IMG/VR virus record: IMGVR_UViG_3300023174_000074
Location: 62,809-126,808 of that record
From: a virus
DNA length: 64,000 nt
Strand: one strand, 5' to 3'
In this document: positions 20,451 to 28,400 of the stretch, in pieces
How positions within the stretch are numbered: the stretch's first letter is position 1
How the letters are laid out: every line of letters begins with the position of its first letter
The notes under the pieces: model-generated
The model's input: the letters and a program-made list of their open reading frames with translations, nothing else
The model's database searches: none
What the model was told of the DNA's origin: nothing
Made by a program: the position numbers and the translations under genes

Positions 20451-21616
20451 AATCTACCCAAACTCCATCCGTCACTAATATATTTATCGATTTCTTGCAC
20501 ATCAACCCTAACTGATTTTTTTGATTTATTTATCCATTTTTTACCCCTTGATGAATTTCCCATGCCTTTTCGACTTTCGTCAGTGATATTTAACTTATCT
20601 TTATCAACGATTCTTCCCAAACACCATCCCTGACATATCCATTTTTCTAGTTGGTCAGCCTTAACCTTTTTATTTTTATCAAAGCAATTATTTATCCAGA
20701 TGGTATTTTTATGAACATTGCTCATTTTTAATTTAGCATCCGTTGATCTTTTCATCCCCTTACTTACGTGTCTCAATTCTCCAGATTCCAATCTAGGATC
20801 ATCTATTTTAACCCTCATTCCGTTACCGCTAACATCTTTAACTGGTATTGTTCCCTTAGTAACACCCTGTAATTCACCGGATATAAATCGAGGATCATTT
20901 CGATCCAATATTAAATTTTTGCCTCCATCCTTAACAACTACTTTATGTGTAAATTTATGAATTAGCTCACCACTTTTTAATCTTGGATCGTCGGTTTTTA
21001 TTCTTATGTTATTACCATTTTTATCATTTACACATACTGTTCCTTTTATTATACCTGTCATTTTTTCATTTTTGAATTCGTCCTTATTAACATAACGAAT
21101 AATTCCATTTTTATCCCTTCCTACAGCATTGTTACAATGTATACTTTTTAGATCACCATTAAGATAATTAGGATCATCGGTTGAAACCTGTTGGGTCTTT
21201 CCCTCCCCGTCCTTAACAGTAACATATCCTGTTGATATAAATATTAATTCTCCGCTTAAGTACTCTGGATTATTAACTGAGGTCTGAAACGTATCCCCTT
21301 TTTTATTTCTAACCGTGACAACTCCACAGCTTCCCCCTCCACCACCACCTAAAGTGATATTATATACATTTTCATTTAATATAAATTCGTTACTTACTAG
21401 TTCTTTTTCTTTTTCTAACATTTTATTTCTACTATCAAAATCATACAATATAATTTTTTTAAATTTCTCTATTCCGTATTTTTTAATAGCTAGTTTAATT
21501 AATTTACCTGATCCCATATAGTTATCATTAATATTATATGTGGAATGACACCCAATATAGATTTTACTATTTACTAGATTTAATATTAAATAAATCAGAT
21601 GATGTTTTTTCGCCAT
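20447..21616 (-). CDS. GIY-YIG (Seg-like) homing endonuclease
   Basis: LIYLILNLVNSKIYIGCH, YMGSG, E, YN; repeated DDPRLxSGEL modules. Confidence 0.85.
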   Translation of the reverse strand: MAKKHHLIYLILNLVNSKIYIGCHSTYNINDNYMGSGKLIKLAIKKYGIEKFKKIILYDFDSRNKMLEKEKELVSNEFILNENVYNITLGGGGGGSCGVVTVRNKKGDTFQTSVNNPEYLSGELIFISTGYVTVKDGEGKTQQVSTDDPNYLNGDLKSIHCNNAVGRDKNGIIRYVNKDEFKNEKMTGIIKGTVCVNDKNGNNIRIKTDDPRLKSGELIHKFTHKVVVKDGGKNLILDRNDPRFISGELQGVTKGTIPVKDVSGNGMRVKIDDPRLESGELRHVSKGMKRSTDAKLKMSNVHKNTIWINNCFDKNKKVKADQLEKWICQGWCLGRIVDKDKLNITDESRKGMGNSSRGKKWINKSKKSVRVDVQEIDKYISDGWSLGRF

Positions 21617-21651
21617 TTTGTTAGTTTATATATATATATATATCTAACTAT

Positions 21652-21713
21652 AGAATCGAATATACAGCCTACACCAGGCGAGTAAGAAAGTTTACGTCAT
21701 GAGAAGATTCTAG
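21652..21713 (+). pseudogene. Orphan duplicate of the helicase 3' end
   Basis: Reads RIEYTAYTR-SKKVYVMRRF* versus helicase end RILYTSYTRASRKLYVLRRF*. Confidence 0.75.
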
Positions 21714-22504
21714 TAGCTTTCTCTGATACGGATAAACTTGCAGTCAAGAAATTCCTCGATAGCCTTTTGTCTTAGTCTATCCTTTTCTTTTAATTCGTCA
21801 TTTATATAGTGGTATTTTTCGTCCCATTCATAAACTGTGTTATTTTCTTTATCATATCCATCTACCCAATATCCAAGTTCTTTAACGTGAAATTCACACC
21901 CGTTTTCTGCGTGTTGAATTCTAATCCCGGTTTCTTCCATTAGCTTATTAAAGTACTCGCAGCCTTTTTTGCTATATGGAGGATGGAATTTTTTATCGAT
22001 TGCTTTAAGCTTATCAATAAAAATTACTCTTAGCTTTTTCCTAGTCTCCTCGTTATGGTGTTTCCCGAATTTAGTATCTCTTAATGAATTTTCCCAATTA
22101 GTTCTATGCTCATCACTCATCTTCTTTCCTTTATTCCATGGCGTGCTTGATCCCCATTCGGTATCTTTAATCCCATTCTTCCAATTGCTCTTATATTCTT
22201 CACTCATTGGCTTACCCTTATTCCAAGGTTCATATCCTTCCTTGTGTACATAAGCCCAGCCCACAGCATTTGGTTGAACTTTCTTGCTGCAGCTTTTACC
22301 GCAATGTTCTCTGTATCCCTTAGCTATATTATTAAATGAAGCTTCCCTATCACACTGCTTGCATTTTATCTTCTCCCCATTTAAAACGTATTGATCATAA
22401 TAATCCTTGGTATCTATTTTATGGTTCTGTTTTATGTGACTTCCGAATCCGTTATTTGACTTTGTTTCGAATCCGCATATCTTACATTTCTTGATATCTT
22501 CCAT
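21710..22504 (-). CDS. Putative homing endonuclease (Zn finger, PWNKG/NUMOD3 repeats, PD-(D/E)xK-like domain)
   Basis: CKIC..H..H, PWNKGK twice, YWVDGYDKENNTVYEWDEKYH, FIRIRE. Confidence 0.7.
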   Translation of the reverse strand: MEDIKKCKICGFETKSNNGFGSHIKQNHKIDTKDYYDQYVLNGEKIKCKQCDREASFNNIAKGYREHCGKSCSKKVQPNAVGWAYVHKEGYEPWNKGKPMSEEYKSNWKNGIKDTEWGSSTPWNKGKKMSDEHRTNWENSLRDTKFGKHHNEETRKKLRVIFIDKLKAIDKKFHPPYSKKGCEYFNKLMEETGIRIQHAENGCEFHVKELGYWVDGYDKENNTVYEWDEKYHYINDELKEKDRLRQKAIEEFLDCKFIRIRESY

Positions 22505-22540
22505 GACTGTGCATAAACTTTAAAGTATATATCATTTTAT

Positions 22541-22571
22541 TTTTTATTCCCGGGTCTGATTCTTATATTTG
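22541..22571 (+). promoter_or_regulatory. Promoter upstream of the cassette array (CG-N11-TATATTTG)
   Basis: TTTTTATTCCCG-GGTCTGATTCT-TATATTTG. Confidence 0.65.
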
Positions 22572-22772
22572 TAATATAAAATATGGAATATGGAAAAAAT
22601 AGAAACATTAAAAGAAGAACTAATTCATTTAGTAGAAACGGCAATTCAATTCGGTGTTGATTTTGTTGATGTTGTAAAGGTCAAACCATCTGAGAGAAAA
22701 AGGACCGCAAACCGGATGGTTGAAAACACAATCAAAGATTTAGAAAACCCAAAACAAATTAATGATTGAACC

Positions 22773-22859
22773 TAACGGTTGGGTATATGTGAAGTACCTT
22801 ACCACAAAACTTAAAAATTAAATAGAAACTTTAGGAGGTATTTCACATATACCTTGTTA
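22773..22859. repeat. attC-like site 1
   Basis: TAACGGTT; arms GGTATATGTGAAGTACCT / AGGTATTTCACATATACC; TTGTTA. Confidence 0.8.
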
Positions 22860-22874
22860 TAACTCGTTTTAATT

Positions 22875-23117
22875 ATGACTCGATTTGAAAGAAAAAACAG
22901 AACTGAAATAGTTTATAAAGGATTCGGTGGTATTACCGATGCTTTTGACGATATGTATAAACAACTTTGGAGAATAAATGATGAAGAATATAATTATTTA
23001 TGTGAAACACTTACTGATGAAGAATTGAGTGATATTACGCCAGAATTTAAAACTATATCTCAAATAAAAAAAGCGATAACAATAGTAAATACGGCTCTTT
23101 CTAAAAATGAGTTATAA
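22875..23117 (+). CDS. Cassette 1 hypothetical protein
   Basis: Stop codon is the TAA of the next TAAC. Confidence 0.65.
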   Translation: MTRFERKNRTEIVYKGFGGITDAFDDMYKQLWRINDEEYNYLCETLTDEELSDITPEFKTISQIKKAITIVNTALSKNEL

Positions 23118-23203
23118 CGGTTGAGTGTATGTGTAGGTTTTTTGAAATTAAACTTTAATATATACTAAAAACTAAATAAAAAACTTACATATACACCTTG
23201 TTA
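23115..23203. repeat. attC-like site 2
   Basis: Arms GTGTATGTGTAGGTTTTT / AAAAACTTACATATACAC. Confidence 0.8.
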
Positions 23204-23257
23204 TGTGCCGTTTTTTCTTATGGACTTCAAATTATTAATTTTTAAAATAAACAAAAT

Positions 23258-24325
23258 ATGAATTTAGCAAGTGTACAAAAAGTAATCAAATTAACCCCAA
23301 TTGAGGGTGCAGATTTGATAGAAACAGCAACCGTATTAGGTTGGGAAATTGTAGTAAAAAAAGGCGAATACAAAGTGGGTGACTTATGTAGTTACATTCA
23401 GATTGATACAGTAGTTCCCGAACTACCCGAATATGAATTTTTAAGGGAACGGAAATTTAGAGTAAGAACAATCAAATTGCGTAAACAAATTTCGCAGGGG
23501 CTTGTAGTTCCTTTACCTAATGGTAAATGGAAAGAAGGCGATGATATTACAGAGGTTTTGGGAGTAAAGAAATACGAGAAGCCAGACAATAACCCAGAAC
23601 GCTATGAGAAGCCAAGAATGTCTAAAAAATGGTATAAGAAATGGATTTACTTGTTTAAATATAATTTCCTTTTCAAGTTGTTCCCAAAATTACAAAGGTT
23701 AAGCCGTTCTCCATTCCCTAAAAATTTGGTATCAATTACCGATGAAGAAAGAATACAAAATATACCACATGTATTACAACAATACGCTGGTAAATTATTT
23801 GTAGTAAGCTATAAACTTGATGGTAGTAGTATTACAATAATTCATTCAAAGGTTTTTGGTAAAAGTAAGTTTAGAATTTGCAGTAGAAGATTTGAATTGC
23901 ACGACAAAAAAAATGATTGGTACAAAGTATTTACTGATACTAATTTTAAATATGAAATTGCAAAACTTGTAAAGCACTTTAAAACTGATGATATAATTGT
24001 ACAAGGCGAAGCAATAGGCAAATTTAACGGCAACCACCACAACTTACAAAAAGAGCAAATTAGGTTGTTTAATATCAATGTAAACGGCAAAAGATTAAAC
24101 CAACAGGAATTTATAAAAACTTGTTTGGCAAATAATATTCCACATTGCCCAATGTATAAGGAAATTGTTTTAAATCACTCTTTACCCGAAATATTGGCTT
24201 TGTCTGAAATTAAAGACGTGATTAATCCATCAGTAGATGTTGAGGGTTTAGTTTGGCGTTGCGTTGAAGATAATTTAAGTTTCAAAGTGATAAACAATAA
24301 ATATCTTCTTAAAAACAATGAGTAA
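23258..24325 (+). CDS. Cassette 2: RNA ligase, Rnl2/DRB0094-like
   Basis: LASVQKV...IEGADLIE, SQGL, TDEERIQN, KLDGSS, QGE, EGLV, SFKVINNKYLLK. Confidence 0.85.
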   Translation: MNLASVQKVIKLTPIEGADLIETATVLGWEIVVKKGEYKVGDLCSYIQIDTVVPELPEYEFLRERKFRVRTIKLRKQISQGLVVPLPNGKWKEGDDITEVLGVKKYEKPDNNPERYEKPRMSKKWYKKWIYLFKYNFLFKLFPKLQRLSRSPFPKNLVSITDEERIQNIPHVLQQYAGKLFVVSYKLDGSSITIIHSKVFGKSKFRICSRRFELHDKKNDWYKVFTDTNFKYEIAKLVKHFKTDDIIVQGEAIGKFNGNHHNLQKEQIRLFNINVNGKRLNQQEFIKTCLANNIPHCPMYKEIVLNHSLPEILALSEIKDVINPSVDVEGLVWRCVEDNLSFKVINNKYLLKNNE

Positions 24326-24349
24326 CGGGGTGTTTCCTAAAATGGCACA

Positions 24350-24397
24350 TAACGGTTGAGTGTAAAAAATCGTTTTAATGTTTTTTACACTTTGTTA
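24350..24397. repeat. attC-like site 3 (shortest, 48 nt)
   Basis: Arms GTGTAAAAAA / TTTTTTACAC. Confidence 0.75.
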
Positions 24398-24425
24398 TAA
24401 GTATGTAAAACAAAAATTATACAAT

Positions 24426-24593
24426 ATGAAAGAAAAAATTGAAAATAGGTTAAAAGAGTTATATGATGAATACAAACATGTAACTGATAAAGATAGAGTT
24501 TGGATTAAACAAACAGGTGGTTTAACAAGAAGAGAACGAATTGAAAAATGTAAAATTCTAATAGAAGAGTTAGAAACATTATTAAATTCATAA
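24426..24593 (+). CDS. Cassette 3 hypothetical protein
   Basis: Likely start MKEKIE at 24426. Confidence 0.55.
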   Translation: MKEKIENRLKELYDEYKHVTDKDRVWIKQTGGLTRRERIEKCKILIEELETLLNS

Positions 24594-24611
24594 TTTTTGT
24601 TTTATTACTTA

Positions 24612-24728
24612 TAACGGTCACAGATATATGTAGTTGTTTAACACAAAACTTAAATAATATGAATAAAGATAAAAATTTAGAACAAAACTTGGATAAGAGT
24701 AATAAAAAATTACATATATCTGATGTTA
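24612..24728. repeat. attC-like site 4
   Basis: Arms CAGATATATGTA / TACATATATCTG. Confidence 0.8.
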
Positions 24729-24931
24729 GTTGTAGTATTGATGATATTAAAAAATGGGTTGATAGTGAAATTGGTTACTATGACGAATGTGATACTGTTG
24801 AAGATGCGATTGATGATATGTTACATGATTTCAAAACACATTTTTTAAATATTGATTACACAAAGAAATTTGATAAGGAAAACGAACTTATAAAATACTT
24901 CAAAAGTGAGTGGGAACAATATTACAACTAA
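24659..24931 (+). CDS. Cassette 4 hypothetical protein
   Basis: ATG within hairpin loop; stop is TAA of TAAC. Confidence 0.65.
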   Translation: MNKDKNLEQNLDKSNKKLHISDVSCSIDDIKKWVDSEIGYYDECDTVEDAIDDMLHDFKTHFLNIDYTKKFDKENELIKYFKSEWEQYYN

Positions 24932-25054
24932 CGGTTTGCAGATAGGCGAAGGCAAGGATTTAGAAAACAAAAATTTAACTTTAAAATAGAATTTAATATG
25001 AAAAAGAAATCATCATTTTACCACAACACCCTTGCTTTTGCTTATGTGCTGTTA
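24929..25054. repeat. attC-like site 5
   Basis: Arms GCAGATAGGCGAAGGCAAGG / CCTTGCTTTTGCTTATGTGC. Confidence 0.8.
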
Positions 25055-25183
25055 GTTGCAGTTTTTTTGTGGGTGGCAATTTCAAGCACCATTCAAAGGT
25101 TCAAATGTGCTAAACTTACTGAAACAGAAATATTTATTAGAATACCAAAGTCTTTTGTGTGCGATTGGGCAAATTGCAACTAA
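24998..25183 (+). CDS. Cassette 5 small membrane protein
   Basis: One hydrophobic segment; ATG in loop; stop at TAAC. Confidence 0.6.
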   Translation: MKKKSSFYHNTLAFAYVLLVAVFLWVAISSTIQRFKCAKLTETEIFIRIPKSFVCDWANCN

Positions 25184-25305
25184 CGGTTGATGCTTGGTGC
25201 AGTTGCGAAATTGAACGATAAACTTAATTAAAAAACGGAAACATGAATTGGATTAAAAATATTTTTAGAAAACGGAAACAAGCAATTGCATCCAAGCATT
25301 TGTTA
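25181..25305. repeat. attC-like site 6
   Basis: Arms ATGCTTGGTGCAGTTGC / GCAATTGCATCCAAGCAT. Confidence 0.8.
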
Positions 25306-25503
25306 GCGGCTGGGCTGGAGTTTAGACGAACATCTCTTGGTCAAGCTGCATTTATTCCGAAAGGCACAACAAGTAATTATGCTGATAAAATAATGTTCCC
25401 CGACAATTGGAGTAGAGCAGAATTTAGAGCAATGGCAGATTACATGGATGCGTTTCCTGACTGCACATTATTTTCAGATGGAAGTGGTAAGCCTTGCCGC
25501 TAA
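25243..25503 (+). CDS. Cassette 6 hypothetical protein
   Basis: ATG in loop; stop at TAAC. Confidence 0.65.
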   Translation: MNWIKNIFRKRKQAIASKHLLAAGLEFRRTSLGQAAFIPKGTTSNYADKIMFPDNWSRAEFRAMADYMDAFPDCTLFSDGSGKPCR

Positions 25504-25625
25504 CGGTTGGGTATAAATGAAGTGCCGATTTTGAAAAACAAATGTTCAATTAAAAACAAAAGATAAAATGGAAAACAAAAGTTCAATTACAGACGAAAGT
25601 AAGGCATTGCAACAAGCCGATGTTA
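25501..25625. repeat. attC-like site 7 (mismatched arms)
   Basis: TAACGGTT and ATGTTA borders intact; only GTGCC/GGCAT pair well. Confidence 0.65.
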
Positions 25626-25813
25626 GCAGCAGTGCGAGGTATATAATTGTTGATGAAAGCGTTTCAGCACATTGTTGTTTTGAATGCACAATAATTGATA
25701 CCGCAGCAGGTAAAGAAGCTTATGGTGATTACTGGAAGCGTTCAATGTGCGAAACATTCGACAGGGCAGAAGCTGAAATTATATGTGATGCGCTCAATAA
25801 GCATTTCTGCTAA
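25568..25813 (+). CDS. Cassette 7 hypothetical protein
   Basis: SVSAHCCFECTIID; ATG in loop; stop at TAAC. Confidence 0.65.
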   Translation: MENKSSITDESKALQQADVSSSARYIIVDESVSAHCCFECTIIDTAAGKEAYGDYWKRSMCETFDRAEAEIICDALNKHFC

Positions 25814-25898
25814 CGATTTCGGGCTTGGCGAAGTGCCGCTACTCGAAACTTGAATTTTAGCACTAACTGTCCTGCGGCATTTTGCCAAACCCGTGTTA
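25811..25898. repeat. attC-like site 8
   Basis: Arms CGGGCTTGGCGAAGTGCCGC / GCGGCATTTTGCCAAACCCG. Confidence 0.8.
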
Positions 25899-25946
25899 TG
25901 GGATAGTTTTAAAAACCTTTTAGGGTGGGCATTTAAAAACGAAATA

Positions 25947-26405
25947 ATGATAATAGCGATTGATTTTGATGGAACTTGCGTAACACACGAATTTCCAAAA
26001 GTGGGCAAAGACATTGGTGCTGTGCCTGTATTAAAAGAGTTGGTTAAAAATAACCACCAATTAGTTTTGTTTACAATGCGAAGCGACATAGTTAATCCAA
26101 CGGGAGAGGACAATGAATTGCACCTTGAAAGCGGAAACTATTTAACTGATGCAATTGATTGGTTTAAACAAAACGAAATACCACTTTACGGAATACAAAC
26201 CAACCCGATACAGCACACTTGGACTACAAGCCCGAAAGCATACGCACAACTTTACATTGATGATGCTGCTTTAGGATGCCCACTTTTGGTTGACATTGTA
26301 AAAGATGGTGACGAAAGTATTAAGCAAGTTGGCAGACCTTATGTTAATTGGGAAAAGGTAAAAGAAATGCTAATTGATAAAGGGATTATTGATGATGAAG
26401 ACTAA
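25947..26405 (+). CDS. Cassette 8: HAD-family phosphatase (BT0820-like)
   Basis: IAIDFDGT, LFTMR, PKAYAQLYIDD. Confidence 0.75.
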   Translation: MIIAIDFDGTCVTHEFPKVGKDIGAVPVLKELVKNNHQLVLFTMRSDIVNPTGEDNELHLESGNYLTDAIDWFKQNEIPLYGIQTNPIQHTWTTSPKAYAQLYIDDAALGCPLLVDIVKDGDESIKQVGRPYVNWEKVKEMLIDKGIIDDED

Positions 26406-26440
26406 CCCGTGCGGTGGGAAAAGGTTTTTAAAATTTCCCA

Positions 26441-26567
26441 TAACGTTTTGCAGCTATGCCCAGTTGGGCAATTTTAAAGACAAAATAATCAACTTAAAAT
26501 AAAGTAAATATGGAACACGAAAATATTAACAAACAAGAAGATGCCCAATTGGGTATAGGTGGTGTTA
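26441..26567. repeat. attC-like site 9
   Basis: Arms CAGCTATGCCCAGTTGGGCA / TGCCCAATTGGGTATAGGTG. Confidence 0.8.
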
Positions 26568-26722
26568 GCATCAGTGCCTTAACGGAATGGCTTAAAAGCG
26601 AATCTGTTTATACAGCATTGAGGTACGCATCAAAGAACCCATCAAATAGCGGTATGGATAATTGTGAAGATAAAAGTTATTTACATCTATACAATTTAAT
26701 TTGTCAGATTCGTAGGCATTGA
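26510..26722 (+). CDS. Cassette 9 hypothetical protein
   Basis: ATG in loop; ends 4 nt before TAAC. Confidence 0.6.
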   Translation: MEHENINKQEDAQLGIGGVSISALTEWLKSESVYTALRYASKNPSNSGMDNCEDKSYLHLYNLICQIRRH

Positions 26723-26725
26723 TGC

Positions 26726-26805
26726 TAACGGTTGCGGATATGAGAAGGGAAAAAATACCAATGAAAAATAAACAAGAATTTTTTACTTTCTTATATCCGT
26801 TGTTA
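26726..26805. repeat. attC-like site 10
   Basis: Arms CGGATATGAGAAGGGAAAAAAT / ATTTTTTACTTTCTTATATCCG. Confidence 0.8.
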
Positions 26806-26871
26806 TCGGTCTGGTTTGGTTTCAATTTTTGTGCTGAGGGTTTAGAATTTCATCATTAAATAAATATACAA

Positions 26872-27135
26872 ATGGAAAACAATAATTGCATAGTAGAGAA
26901 AAAATTTCTGTTCTGGAAATGGAAAGCGGTGGAGCATCATTACAAGATGCACCGAATAAGTAAATTCATGGATTGCTCAACATCATTCCATGTTGATTGG
27001 GTATGTAAGTGCGGGGCAAGGTGGGAACAGAAATTTGTTGAACAGGACGAATTATTGTTGAAAGGAATATCAACTGAAATTCTAAATAAGATTGACGGTT
27101 GGCATTCGCACTACTGCGGGAAGGAAAAAAATTGA
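26872..27135 (+). CDS. Cassette 10 hypothetical protein
   Basis: 87 aa ORF between sites 10 and 11. Confidence 0.6.
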   Translation: MENNNCIVEKKFLFWKWKAVEHHYKMHRISKFMDCSTSFHVDWVCKCGARWEQKFVEQDELLLKGISTEILNKIDGWHSHYCGKEKN

Positions 27136-27150
27136 AACCAAACTTGCCGA

Positions 27151-27276
27151 TAACGTTCCAAGTATTGCCGATGGTGGGGCATTACACCACCAAAGTTCAA
27201 TTAACAAACTAAAGTTCAAAATATGCACACAGATTCAAAAAAGCACGAAACCCCCACTATTGGCAATACTTTGTTA
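27151..27276. repeat. attC-like site 11
   Basis: Arms AAGTATTGCCGATGGTGGGG / CCCCACTATTGGCAATACTT. Confidence 0.8.
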
Positions 27277-27513
27277 TATGCTGTTAAAAATGGGCAGTTG
27301 AAAAGGTGGTTTTACGAGTTTAAACACGGACACCCATTTCTACTTGACGAAGAAGCTACTATAATTGTTTCTACAAGATTAAGTGATAAAAGTGCTTCTT
27401 GGATGAATGATGAACAGATTAAAGAACTCGTAAAACTTAGAGTGAAAGCAATGTATAAAAAGAAATTTCCAAATGCAAAACGGTGGTCGTTGCCCATTTT
27501 TAATTGCATATAA
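27223..27513 (+). CDS. Cassette 11 hypothetical protein
   Basis: ATG in loop; stop at TAAC. Confidence 0.65.
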   Translation: MHTDSKKHETPTIGNTLLYAVKNGQLKRWFYEFKHGHPFLLDEEATIIVSTRLSDKSASWMNDEQIKELVKLRVKAMYKKKFPNAKRWSLPIFNCI

Positions 27514-27637
27514 CGGTTGAGGATTTATTTAGTTGCGAATAAAAAATTACAAAATATGATAACAGAAGAACAGTTGAAAAAAGCAGAAAAAGTTATTGCT
27601 GACTACAAAGCCGAGCAATTGAATAAATCCTATGTTA
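27511..27637. repeat. attC-like site 12
   Basis: Arms AGGATTTATTTAGTTGC / GCAATTGAATAAATCCT. Confidence 0.8.
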
Positions 27638-27792
27638 TAAAATCGTTTCCGAGCGATGATGAAATACATAAGGAATCGTTGAGGGTGTGCAGGATAGAGG
27701 CAGAGTTTGTGCAAGGGGTAGCGTGGTGCTATCACGATAAAGGAGCAAAATGGATGATGGAAGAACTAAAGAAGCGAGGAAATGTTTTATAA
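27556..27792 (+). CDS. Cassette 12 hypothetical protein
   Basis: Start MITEEQ in loop; stop at TAAC. Confidence 0.65.
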   Translation: MITEEQLKKAEKVIADYKAEQLNKSYVIKSFPSDDEIHKESLRVCRIEAEFVQGVAWCYHDKGAKWMMEELKKRGNVL

Positions 27793-27878
27793 CGGTTTTG
27801 GTGTATGAGAAGGTTTGCTTAGATAAATTTTCAAATTACAACTGAACTTAACAGCAAACTTTCTTATACACCTTGTTA
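27790..27878. repeat. attC-like site 13
   Basis: Arms GGTGTATGAGAAGGTTTGCT / AGCAAACTTTCTTATACACC. Confidence 0.8.
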
Positions 27879-27942
27879 TACACAGTGCGGTTTATTTGGT
27901 AGAAACTTTAATTAAAAAACAAATATAAAAAAATTAAAAATT

Positions 27943-28320
27943 ATGAAAAATTATTTATTGACAGATTTTAATACTGAAAGATGGAAAGGTATTAATATAG
28001 AAAGTGCAGAAACACAAGTAGAAAAATTGAATGAAAAAATTAATAAAATTGGATGTTTATTTGGTGAAATAGGGAATCCAGAAACATTTGAGATTTCGTT
28101 ATCAAGAGCATCACATTCAATTAAAAATTTAACTTTTGTAGATGGTAAAGTTTATGGTGATGTTGAATTTTTGAATAATGATAACGGAAAACAAGCAGAC
28201 AATTTTATTAATAATATGAATTGTATATTTGGAATAAGAAGCACAGGAACATCAGAACAATATAAAGATGGTGAAATAGTTATCCATTCAATTTTTACTT
28301 GGGATGTAATCAATGACTAA
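27943..28320 (+). CDS. Cassette 13: degenerate T4 gp21-like prohead protease homolog
   Basis: FGEIGNP, ISLSRASHSIKNL, VYGDVEFL, NGK, FGIRSTG resemble gp21 GELxHP/VSH/GxSSRG. Confidence 0.55.
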   Translation: MKNYLLTDFNTERWKGINIESAETQVEKLNEKINKIGCLFGEIGNPETFEISLSRASHSIKNLTFVDGKVYGDVEFLNNDNGKQADNFINNMNCIFGIRSTGTSEQYKDGEIVIHSIFTWDVIND

Positions 28321-28367
28321 TAATTTTTAATTTTTATTAGATGAACTTGATTAGAAGTAGAAATGTA

Positions 28368-28400
28368 GCATTGTGTATAACTATTATATATAAGTAAGTG
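28368..28400. other. Putative attI-like site
   Basis: Last TAAC (28378-28381) closes cassette 13, has no following hairpin and abuts the recombinase start. Confidence 0.5.

Noticed and set aside
21626-21644. (TA)n microsatellite as an independent repeat
   Set aside because: Best explained as an expanded GATATATA late-type promoter motif of the GIY-YIG gene.
20447-22504. Group I introns or inteins around the endonuclease genes
   Set aside because: The endonuclease ORFs are antisense or free-standing, there is no room for a ribozyme core, and the host genes are complete.
22773-28381. CRISPR array or simple terminator series
   Set aside because: Units are variable inverted repeats separated by whole genes, with no identical direct repeats or cas genes. 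Loops are long, lack U-tracts and often contain start codons.
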